A stretch of DNA of 64,000 nucleotides, from positions 4,160,001-4,224,000 of the forward strand of contig OX638351.1 in NCBI GenBank assembly GCA_951813565.1, given 5' to 3'. Within the stretch, counting starts at the first letter, position 1. Each line of letters starts with the position of its first letter. The notes beneath the pieces were generated by a model, which worked only from the letters and a program-made list of their open reading frames with translations, searched no databases and was not told the origin of the DNA. The stretch comes from an uncultured Poribacteria bacterium (GTDB lineage: Bacteria; Poribacteria; WGA-4E; WGA-3G). The position numbers and the translations under genes were made by a program. Shown here in pieces: positions 1 to 8,186 of the stretch.

Positions 1-83
1 GGAAAACGCGCTTATTTTGCGTTCGTTGTTGAAAGCGTACGCCCGCAATAGATGTGTGAGATTCCGCTTTGATTTACCAAATA

Positions 84-1718
84 TTAGTACATGTGGTCGT
101 CATGCGGGTCTGCAGCTTCAGAGAAGTCGGGTGGTTCTTCAATCTCCGTGATCAACGTCTCTGTAGTCAAGAGCAATCCGGCAATACTTGAAGCATTTTG
201 TAGTGCCGACCTGACAACCTTTGTTGGGTCAATAACACCGTATTCAAACATATCACCGTATTCTTCAATAGCTGCATTGAACCCGTAGTTACCTTCACCG
301 TCCTCAACCTTTGCGAGGACAACGGCACCTTCTAATCCAGCATTTTCCGCTATTGCACGGATAGGTGCGCGTAAAGCCGCTCGGACGATGTTAAGACCTG
401 TATTTTGGTCGCCTTCAAGCTCAAGTGCTTCAATTGCTGAAATAACGCGCAAGAGTGAGGTTCCACCACCGGCGACAATACCTTCTTCAATAGCGGCACG
501 AGTTGCAGAGAGCGCATCCTCACATCGTGCCTTTTTCTCTTTCATTTCTATTTCAGTCGCTGCACCGACGTTTACAACGGCGACCCCACCAGCCAGTTTT
601 GCAAGCCGTTCCTCAAGTTTTTCACGGTCATATTCAGAGGTTGTGTCTTCAATCTGCATGCGTATTTGTTTTATTCTACCTTCAACACTTTCTTTTACAC
701 CACTACCACCGACTATAGTCGTATTCTCTTTATCAATTGTAACGCGCCGAGCGGTACCCAACATGCCAACTACGATATTTTCTAAACGAATACCGGCATC
801 TTCAGAGATTACCTGACCAGCTGTTAAGATAGCAATATCTTCAAGCATTTCCTTGCGTCTATCCCCGAATCCAGGTGCTTTTACAGCTGCTACTTGTAGG
901 ATGCCTCGGAGTTTGTTTACCACTAAAGTAGATAACGCTTCCCCTTCTACATCCTCAGCAATAATTAACAGAGGGCGCCCGAGTTGCATTACCTTTTCCA
1001 TAATCGGGGCAATGTTTAATATTGAACTGATTTTATCGGTGTTAATGAGAATCAATGGGTTCTCAAAATCAACGACCTGTGCTTCCATGTCTGTAACAAA
1101 ATTAGGCGATAGGAATCCTCTGTCAAACTGCATTCCTTCAACAATGTCAACAGTGGTTTCAGAGGTTTTACCTTCCTCAATGGTGATGGCACCATCATTT
1201 CCAACTTTCTCTATTGCGTCTGCGATAAGAGTGCCGATATTGCTGTCATTGGCGGGATCGTTGGCTGCAATTGATGCTACCTGCACAATTTCGTCATGTG
1301 TGTTTACTTCGCGGCTTTGGACAACAATTGCATTGACAGCAGCATCTACAGCTTTGTCGATACCAATTTTTAACTGCATTGGGTCAGCCCCAGCAGTAAC
1401 GTTTTTAAGACCTTCGTGAAGGATTTCTTGTCCTAATAGCGTAGCAGTAGTTGTTCCGTCCCCCGCAACATCGTTTGTTTTGGTAGCAATAGATTCAAGT
1501 AATTGGGCGCCCATATTTTCATAAGGGTCTTCAAGTTCAATTTCTTTAGCGACGGTGACGCCATCGCATGTTATCAGCGGCGCACCGAAAGATTTTTGGA
1601 TAACTACATTACGTCCACGTGGACCGAGAGTAACTTTTACCGCGTTAGCGAGTGTATCCGCGCCGCGTTTGAGCGCTACCCTCGCGTTCTCTTCGAAGAT
1701 TAATTGCTTTGCTGGCAT
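84..1718 (-). CDS. groEL: Chaperonin GroEL (Cpn60)
   Basis: [24 protein letters not shown] and [10 protein letters not shown] motifs. Start placed at ATG 1718 (MPAKQLIF) behind an AGGAGG RBS. Atypical His/Asp-rich tail instead of GGM repeats. Confidence 0.97.
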   Translation of the reverse strand: MPAKQLIFEENARVALKRGADTLANAVKVTLGPRGRNVVIQKSFGAPLITCDGVTVAKEIELEDPYENMGAQLLESIATKTNDVAGDGTTTATLLGQEILHEGLKNVTAGADPMQLKIGIDKAVDAAVNAIVVQSREVNTHDEIVQVASIAANDPANDSNIGTLIADAIEKVGNDGAITIEEGKTSETTVDIVEGMQFDRGFLSPNFVTDMEAQVVDFENPLILINTDKISSILNIAPIMEKVMQLGRPLLIIAEDVEGEALSTLVVNKLRGILQVAAVKAPGFGDRRKEMLEDIAILTAGQVISEDAGIRLENIVVGMLGTARRVTIDKENTTIVGGSGVKESVEGRIKQIRMQIEDTTSEYDREKLEERLAKLAGGVAVVNVGAATEIEMKEKKARCEDALSATRAAIEEGIVAGGGTSLLRVISAIEALELEGDQNTGLNIVRAALRAPIRAIAENAGLEGAVVLAKVEDGEGNYGFNAAIEEYGDMFEYGVIDPTKVVRSALQNASSIAGLLLTTETLITEIEEPPDFSEAADPHDDHMY

Positions 1719-1776
1719 TAAATTCCTCCTCAAGTGATTTTAAAATAGTTTGTATGATGTTTTATTGATATATTTA

Positions 1777-1805
1777 ATTATAACATGCACAATGTCCAAA
1801 GTCAA
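1777..1805 (-). promoter_or_regulatory. Sigma70-type promoter upstream of groEL
   Basis: Minus strand reads TTGACT-17 bp-TATAAT, with an extended -10 TG. Confidence 0.7.
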
Positions 1806-1822
1806 CTTTTTGACATTTCATA

Positions 1823-2359
1823 GGGTGTGTGAAGTTTTTGTATAAATCCGCACAACTCCTATTGTAGGGGCGGGTCTCCGGGGAATGCCAAAAGGCATTC
1901 GGACCCGGTGAATGACTAAATGTCGTTCATACCGTTGATTTCTTGATTTAGTGCCCGCCCGTTGGATGGCACGTCCTGTGCAGTGGCGGGGCACAGAGAC
2001 CCCGCCCATAGGCGTCAATTTAAACACACAATTACCAGATTGCCTCTTGTGGGAGGGCTTTATAAGCCCGATTTATATGTATTTATCGGGGTTGAAAACC
2101 CGCCAAATGCCAAAAAGCGCATTTGGCGTTGATTTGGCAGCATGCCAAACGCGCATGCTGCGTTGATTTGGCAGCATGCCAAACGCGCATGCTGCGTTGA
2201 TTCACTCCCACAAGAGGGTATATCCTTAAATTGACGGCTATGGGGCACCAAATCAACGGTATGAATGCCTTTTGGCATTCCCCGGGACCCCGCCCTAAAG
2301 TGGAAAACGCCGCGTAATCATTGTAAATTGAACCTATGTAACCAAATATTTACACACCC
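1823..2359. mobile_element. Composite MITE, copy 1 (TIR GGGTGTGT(G/A)AA...TTTACACACCC), containing REP hairpins, a nested IS4-like MITE and GTTGATT hairpin units
   Basis: 11-bp terminal inverted repeat with 1 mismatch. Colinear with 6314-6917. No credible ORF. Confidence 0.85.
2007..2242. mobile_element. IS4-like MITE nested in a REP hairpin
   Basis: Ends CATAGGCGTCAATTTAA / TTAAATTGACGGCTATG. Flanked by a duplicated gggcac..gaccccgcc hairpin; the right copy is interrupted by a hairpin unit. Confidence 0.75.
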
Positions 2360-2488
2360 CATTCCATAATAAAACTTAAGAATCTAAAATAGGTGTTTTC
2401 TGTAGGTGTGGTTTAGAAGTTACTTTAAGCAACAAAATGTATTTTCACACCTACAGATATGATTAGTGAACTTAAGAATTGAAACTTA

Positions 2489-3217
2489 TTAATATCCAAA
2501 CGAATGCTTCAGGTTTCCCCATGTAAGCGTCATTTTTTGAACAGGGTGTACATCAAGTGATCCTTCACCCAATGAAATTGCAGTAATAATAGGTACCGCT
2601 CCCGTTTCCAAAGAGATTGCATCAATTGAAACAATCTCTGTATTCGGATGCGGATTTTCCCATTTCGTGGTAATCAATCCAGCTTTGTTGCAAGCCGGTT
2701 TTTCGTTTGCTGTCCAGCCCCATACAGAATTTTTATCAGCGAAATTTTTCTCTATATGGCACCAATCATGGGAATTATGACCTGTAATCATCTCAAGAGT
2801 TTCCTGTATTCCACCTTGATAATTCATGACAAATTTGTAACTTGGTCCGCCACCATGTGACCAACCTGTTGCATGGAAAAAATAGATGGATTTTGCGACA
2901 CCTTCCACAGCAATATCATTAACAGCCTTGGGCCACCTCTGCGCGTTAGTCCCAAAGAGAACGATGCCGCCATCGAAAATCTGGAATTTCACTTTTTTGT
3001 CGGGGCCCTCAAACTCTGCAATTTCACCTATCGGTAGGAGAGAATAGGTATTATCTCCTGCATTAAGTGTCCACCATTGATGTCCCACCAGTTTAGTGTT
3101 TGAGTAGGGTTCAAGGTCAATAGGCACAAATTCTTGTAATGCAAGTGTTTGTCCAGCACAAAAAAACGTAACCGCACAAAGCACTGCGATTATTAGAAAC
3201 AACTTAGCCAACTTCAT
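2489..3217 (-). CDS. Secreted hypothetical beta-sandwich protein with Poribacteria-type C-terminal tail
   Basis: N-terminal signal peptide, GGAGG RBS, ends LDVHPVQKMTLTWGNLK. Confidence 0.8.
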   Translation of the reverse strand: MKLAKLFLIIAVLCAVTFFCAGQTLALQEFVPIDLEPYSNTKLVGHQWWTLNAGDNTYSLLPIGEIAEFEGPDKKVKFQIFDGGIVLFGTNAQRWPKAVNDIAVEGVAKSIYFFHATGWSHGGGPSYKFVMNYQGGIQETLEMITGHNSHDWCHIEKNFADKNSVWGWTANEKPACNKAGLITTKWENPHPNTEIVSIDAISLETGAVPIITAISLGEGSLDVHPVQKMTLTWGNLKHSFGY

Positions 3218-3250
3218 AACGAATTCCTCCAGTATTTTGTTTTTTATTGC

Positions 3251-3279
3251 AGTATAGTCAATATTACAAATAGTGTCAA
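3251..3279 (-). promoter_or_regulatory. Sigma70-type promoter
   Basis: Minus strand TTGACA-17 bp-TATACT, upstream of 3217. Confidence 0.65.
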
Positions 3280-3350
3280 CAATCTAATAAGGTTGCTTTT
3301 TTTATTTTAATATGGGAAAATGATAGTTAATAATTTCTTAGGGGGAAACC

Positions 3351-3857
3351 ATGAATTCAAATAATTTTCGCTTAGCATTATCAAAATCTAAAGATATTAC
3401 ACTAAATTTTTTTGGTCGCGTTTTATCAAGCACACGTGTTGAACCAATTCGTGATGAAGAAGGTGCTAAAGGTGTTAAGGCATGTTGGGTAGGGGAACAA
3501 GGTGGAAGCAGTATTGCAGTGGATACTGGTGAATGGAACGCTAATGTTACAATGGAAGCAGACGAACCACCTACTGTAGAATATGTTCAATACGGGGACA
3601 CGCGCAGTGTTACAATCAAAAATATCAATAATATATCTTGTTCTGTAGACCGTGAGACATTAGACCAGTTTGCAACACCGAGAGGCGCGGCGATTGCAGT
3701 TTGCGCTGGAGCTGCCGCTGGATTAGTTGGTTGGTTTGTCGTTTCTGTGATGCGTGCTCTTGCAGTGCCCAATAGAGAGGAGGATGCCCCTTCAATAGCT
3801 GCTGTATCTTCTGAGGAAGTCGAGACCGAACAAGAAAATCCATCCATAGAAGAATGA
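3351..3857 (+). CDS. Hypothetical protein with a near-C-terminal hydrophobic helix and acidic tail
   Basis: 168-aa ORF, purine-rich RBS, ATGA overlap with the next gene. Confidence 0.65.
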   Translation: MNSNNFRLALSKSKDITLNFFGRVLSSTRVEPIRDEEGAKGVKACWVGEQGGSSIAVDTGEWNANVTMEADEPPTVEYVQYGDTRSVTIKNINNISCSVDRETLDQFATPRGAAIAVCAGAAAGLVGWFVVSVMRALAVPNREEDAPSIAAVSSEEVETEQENPSIEE

Positions 3858-5047
3858 AAATCGTATCGGTAGATCCTTTCTATTTGCGGATGCCAGAGCT
3901 CACCGATGCAGCGGATGGAACACAGGATACGCTTTTAGTACGTGTTCGCACAGATGCAGGATTTGAAGGGTGGGGAGAATGTGATGCTTCACCTTTGGTC
4001 AGCATTGCTGTTTATTGCTGTCCGATGTCGCACGGCAATATTATTAATATCCGCACTTCGCTAATTGGTGAAACGCTTGATAGTCCAGACGATGTGCTTC
4101 GCTTGAGTGAAAAGGTGCTGCGGAACGGCTTGGACATTCAGCAGATACAGCATGCTTATAGCGGAGCAGAGATAGCGTTGTGGGATATTATCGGAAAGAA
4201 GTTTGAAAAACCCGTTTACCATTTTCTCGCTGAAATCTCTGGAACATCTGACATAGCACATCCGAAACTGCCGTATGCGTCTGTTCTTTTTGGTGATACA
4301 CCTGAAGATACCTATCAAATCGCAGTGGGATTGCGCGAACAAGGGTATCGTGCTGCGAAGTTCGGTTGGGGACCGATGGGAAAATTCGGTCAGGAAAATG
4401 ACATTGCACTTGTACGTGCGGCGCGCGAGGGTATGGGTGTTGACGCACAAATTATGATTGATGCGGGTGTTGTTTGGGGAACAGATTACGAAACCGCTTA
4501 TCAGCGTGCTGAAGCGTTTGCCGAATTTTCTCCCACGTGGTTGGAAGAACCGCTTACCCCCGATGCGATTGATGCTTATAGTTCGTTAACCCAAAAGAAT
4601 CCGCGTGTTCCCATCGCAGCAGGCGAAGGTTCAAATACCTATCGCATGGCAGAAGACTTGATCATTCATGGCGGTGTCCAGTTTGTTCAGATTGACACAG
4701 GACGCATTGGCGGCATTATGCCCTCTTTTCAGGTACGTCAACTTGCTGAGCAGCGCGGTGTTCAATATGTCAATCACACCTTTAAAAGCCATCTCAGTCT
4801 TGCCGCTGCACTTCACGTTTTTGCCACTAACCCAGATTTCAATTTATTAGAATATCCGGCTGCAGGTTCAAAACTATCGCAGCAAATTGTAAAAATTCCC
4901 TATCAAGTTGATCAAGATGGTATGGTTCGCGTTAATGATTTACCTGGACTTGGTGTACAAGTGAATACGGATGCAATTTGTCCATATTTAGTCTCAGTAA
5001 ATATCCACGTTGGTACTGAAAAGGTTTTCCAAGATGCATTTCTTTAG
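3854..5047 (+). CDS. Mandelate racemase/muconate lactonizing enzyme family (enolase superfamily)
   Basis: GWGE, IALWDI, KFG, IMIDAG, WLEEP, PIAAGE and QIDTGRIGG motifs. Confidence 0.92.
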   Translation: MKIVSVDPFYLRMPELTDAADGTQDTLLVRVRTDAGFEGWGECDASPLVSIAVYCCPMSHGNIINIRTSLIGETLDSPDDVLRLSEKVLRNGLDIQQIQHAYSGAEIALWDIIGKKFEKPVYHFLAEISGTSDIAHPKLPYASVLFGDTPEDTYQIAVGLREQGYRAAKFGWGPMGKFGQENDIALVRAAREGMGVDAQIMIDAGVVWGTDYETAYQRAEAFAEFSPTWLEEPLTPDAIDAYSSLTQKNPRVPIAAGEGSNTYRMAEDLIIHGGVQFVQIDTGRIGGIMPSFQVRQLAEQRGVQYVNHTFKSHLSLAAALHVFATNPDFNLLEYPAAGSKLSQQIVKIPYQVDQDGMVRVNDLPGLGVQVNTDAICPYLVSVNIHVGTEKVFQDAFL

Positions 5048-5077
5048 TCAGTACCCTTACTTATTCCGACCCATTCA

Positions 5078-5400
5078 CTATATCTCTAACCAGTATTTAT
5101 ACGATATTATCTTACCATCTTTGTTAATTAACCACTTAGATGGCATACCACTAACACGGCACAGTTTTTTTTTAGAGGACCTTCTTTTCCATCAAAAATC
5201 TGCCGCCAAGGTAAGCTGCACACATTTAGGTATTCGGACATATCTGATTCTTCCGTATCTCGGTTAATACCGATAACATCAAAACCGAAATCTCTATTAG
5301 CATCATATACCTTTTTCACGATTGGCATATTACCAATACAAGGTCCGCACAAAGTTGCCCAAAAATAGAGTAACACAACTTTTCCTCTATAGTCTTTAAC
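5078..5400 (-). pseudogene. Truncated, frameshifted TlpA/ResA-like thiol-disulfide oxidoreductase
   Basis: DYRGKVVLLYFWATLCGPC (CxxC). After the A9 run at 5165-5173, homology continues in another frame (LCRVSGMPSKWLINKDGKII). No own N-terminus or RBS. Confidence 0.75.
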
Positions 5401-6226
5401 GGTTAAGCCCCAGAAACTCATAGGGATCAATACCATCTTCATAAGATCTTATCTCAATCCAATCAGGAATCGGTTCGTATCCCATTCGTTGCTCTATAGA
5501 TAACAATCCGACTGCTCCGGTCGCACTTGATATATAACGCCTTACTTGACCATTTGCATCTGTCGTCTCGTCCCACTCTACATAGATAACATTGGGCACA
5601 GTGGGGTAAAACAGACCGTTCCCATCGAGATTTGTTATTCCAGAAACATCAACACCTTCGTTAAAAAGCTTGATTCCGACACGCCCCAACAGCTCACTTA
5701 TTCTCAGATGATCATTAAAAGTGATACCTCTTAATTTAAGACCATCACTCATAACATCTTCCAGTTTCGCAATGAATTCTTCGGTCCAGAGCCATGAGGG
5801 TGTCATAGGATAACCCTCTGGCACTTCGGGATACGGTCCGAAGCCAAAAGGCGAGACAGGCACATCTTCTGCCGGTGCATCTTCAGGTAAAGACGCATCC
5901 GCAGTGTCAAGCATTTCGGAGGCATTATCTACCGGTGACACAACCGTGTCGTCAGGCATTTGTGTGTCCCCGGTTTCAAGTAACTTTTTAGCCTGTTCAG
6001 AATCCACCAGGATTGTATCAACGGTGTCCTGGGCATCGCGTGTTTCATCATCATTCTTCCATGAATGCAGCATCGCATCGGTTTTTGCCAACTCCGCATC
6101 AATAGTGCGTTGAACATGCCAACTATAGAACCAGCAAGCACCCGCAACCACAAATAAGATAACAAGCCCAGCAAGAATTAATCTACTGGAAAGTAATGCA
6201 CGTAACATACTATTTACCTCCTTCAT
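5396..6226 (-). CDS. Membrane-anchored hypothetical protein (VSPFGFGPYPEVPEGYP motif)
   Basis: N-terminal TM helix, acidic linker, globular C-terminus. The start may instead be the ATG at 6208 behind GGAGG. Confidence 0.75.
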   Translation of the reverse strand: MKEVNSMLRALLSSRLILAGLVILFVVAGACWFYSWHVQRTIDAELAKTDAMLHSWKNDDETRDAQDTVDTILVDSEQAKKLLETGDTQMPDDTVVSPVDNASEMLDTADASLPEDAPAEDVPVSPFGFGPYPEVPEGYPMTPSWLWTEEFIAKLEDVMSDGLKLRGITFNDHLRISELLGRVGIKLFNEGVDVSGITNLDGNGLFYPTVPNVIYVEWDETTDANGQVRRYISSATGAVGLLSIEQRMGYEPIPDWIEIRSYEDGIDPYEFLGLNR

Positions 6227-6269
6227 TCTGAAATAACGATCCCATGGAGAAAATCATTAATACGATATA

Positions 6270-6297
6270 ATTATACAAAAAAAACACTTTTTGTCAA
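6270..6297 (-). promoter_or_regulatory. Sigma70-type promoter
   Basis: Minus strand TTGACA-16 bp-TATAAT. Confidence 0.6.
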
Positions 6298-6313
6298 GAA
6301 TTTGTCAAGAAAA

Positions 6314-6917
6314 GGGTGTGTAAAGTTTTTGTAGAAATCCGCACAACTCCTATTGTAGGGGCGGGTCTCCGGGGAATGCCAAAAGGCATTCGGACCGTTG
6401 ATTTGGTGCCTGCCCGTTGCATGGCACGTCCTGCGCAGTGGCGGGGCACCAAATCAACGGTATGAATGCCTTTTGGCATTCCCCGGGACCCCGCCCATAG
6501 GCATCAATTTAAGCACACAATTACCAGATTGCCTCTTGTGGGAGGGCTTTATAAGCCCGATTTATATGTATTTATCGGGGTTGAAAACCCGCAGCATGCC
6601 ACACGCGCATGCTGCGTTGATTTGGACAAATGCCAAAAGCAGAATCAACGCCGAGCGCGCGTATGGCACTCGTCGCATTTGGCGTTGATTTGGCAGCATG
6701 CCATACGCGCATGCTGCGTTGATTCGCTCCCACAAGAGGGTATATCCTTAAATTGACGGCTATGGAGCACCAAATCAAGAAATCAACGGTATGAATAACA
6801 TTTAGTTATTCACCGGGTATGAATGCCTTATGGCATTCCCCGGGACCCCGCTCTACAGTGGAAAACGCCGCGTAATCATTGCAAATTGAACCTATGTAAC
6901 CAAATATTTACACACCC
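6314..6917. mobile_element. Composite MITE, copy 2 (perfect 11-bp TIR GGGTGTGTAAA/TTTACACACCC)
   Basis: Same backbone as 1823-2359. Nested IS4-like MITE at 6496-6764. Different complement of hairpin units. Confidence 0.85.
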
Positions 6918-7123
6918 AATTGAAAAGAATCCGCATGATGTTCAAGCAAAAGTATCTGAACACCTATAATCGGGCAATTCGCGTAATTTATAGTAAAATT
7001 CACAATTACCTTTACATTGGCGAGGTTAGGAAACCTCGCCAGCGCATGCGTGTGGGAATTGCTGTTCATTGAAATGTGAACATATTATTGGATTTTACTA
7101 TAATATGGAGACCTGATCGCAGG

Positions 7124-8179
7124 TTAAAATTGACCAGAAACAGAAATACGTTGCGAGCCGCCGAGTGTATGTGTGTTGAAAGCGTAATCAACAAAAAAGG
7201 TCATGGTGCTGACTCGCAATTGGAGTCCGGTGCCAGCAGAAAATCCATGCCCATTCCAGCCACAACGTAAGGCAAGCGTGTTAAAGAGCCAGTATTCCGC
7301 GCCTGTGCGAAAGAGAAGTCCGCCGGAGTCTGTGCCTTCTTCTAAATCCGCTTGATCGGTTTCAAAGTCAGCACCGATGCTACCTTTGCCGAAGCTTGGA
7401 AAGGTGAATTGGTAAGCACCCCCAAATCGTAGTCGCCGCCCGCGAGTGAAAACGGGTTTATCCGCTGTGTCCCACCGAATTTGCGTGCCAGTGGCATCAA
7501 GTAACATAGTGCCGAACCGTAAACCTTTGTAAGGAGCGAGAATAAGACCGATGTCAATGCCGAAACCTCTTCCACTATTTTCAAAAATAGATTGACTCAG
7601 GAGTTTGAGGTTACCACCGACAGCCGCGATCGAATGGATTTGACGCGCATAAGAGATGAGCAAAGCGTTGTCGGTATTGCTAAAATATTCCGCAACTGTG
7701 GGGCGGTCGATATAGGGTTCACCTTCATCTTTAGTGCCGTTCCCGTTTATGTCCTGAAAATCGCCGAGGAAACCGTTATTATCAACATCAATGAAGGTAG
7801 TGCGTGGTATGTCGTCAATTCCGAGACGAATCCAACTCAAACCGAGGCTACCAATATCCTCAATTTGATGGACATAGTTGACAAAATTGTAATTTACCAA
7901 ACCTTTACTAAAAAAACTGCCATCGCCAGTACTGAATGTATCTGAATACATTGCTGAAAAACTATGTTTTTTGACATTCGTCAGACCGGCAGGATTCCAA
8001 TAAGTTGCGGTAGCATCGTCAGCGATTGCAACGAATGCACTTCCCATTCCGAGTGCGCGTGCCCCGACGCCATGGCTAAGAAACTCTGCCGCGTGTGATC
8101 CTTCATCAGCAGCAAAAGCGGTTAAAGGTAAGATGAAACCTATTGCGAGTACAAAGAGAGAGATTTTTGTTGTATTCAT
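7124..8179 (-). CDS. PorV/PorQ (FadL-like, UPF0164) outer membrane beta-barrel
   Basis: GVGARALGMGSAFVAIADDATATYWNPAGL signature, signal peptide, C-terminal Phe. Start placed at ATG 8179. Confidence 0.85.
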   Translation of the reverse strand: MNTTKISLFVLAIGFILPLTAFAADEGSHAAEFLSHGVGARALGMGSAFVAIADDATATYWNPAGLTNVKKHSFSAMYSDTFSTGDGSFFSKGLVNYNFVNYVHQIEDIGSLGLSWIRLGIDDIPRTTFIDVDNNGFLGDFQDINGNGTKDEGEPYIDRPTVAEYFSNTDNALLISYARQIHSIAAVGGNLKLLSQSIFENSGRGFGIDIGLILAPYKGLRFGTMLLDATGTQIRWDTADKPVFTRGRRLRFGGAYQFTFPSFGKGSIGADFETDQADLEEGTDSGGLLFRTGAEYWLFNTLALRCGWNGHGFSAGTGLQLRVSTMTFFVDYAFNTHTLGGSQRISVSGQF

Positions 8180-8186
8180 GATGTTT

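Noticed and set aside
1818..2278. Short ORFs of 60-100 aa in the repeat regions (also 6294-6778, 18131-18903, 37690-37935, 50612-50833)
   Set aside because: They lie wholly within palindromic MITE/REP DNA, occur on both strands and lack an RBS. The recurring peptides (e.g. ACCQINA) simply reflect DNA repeats.
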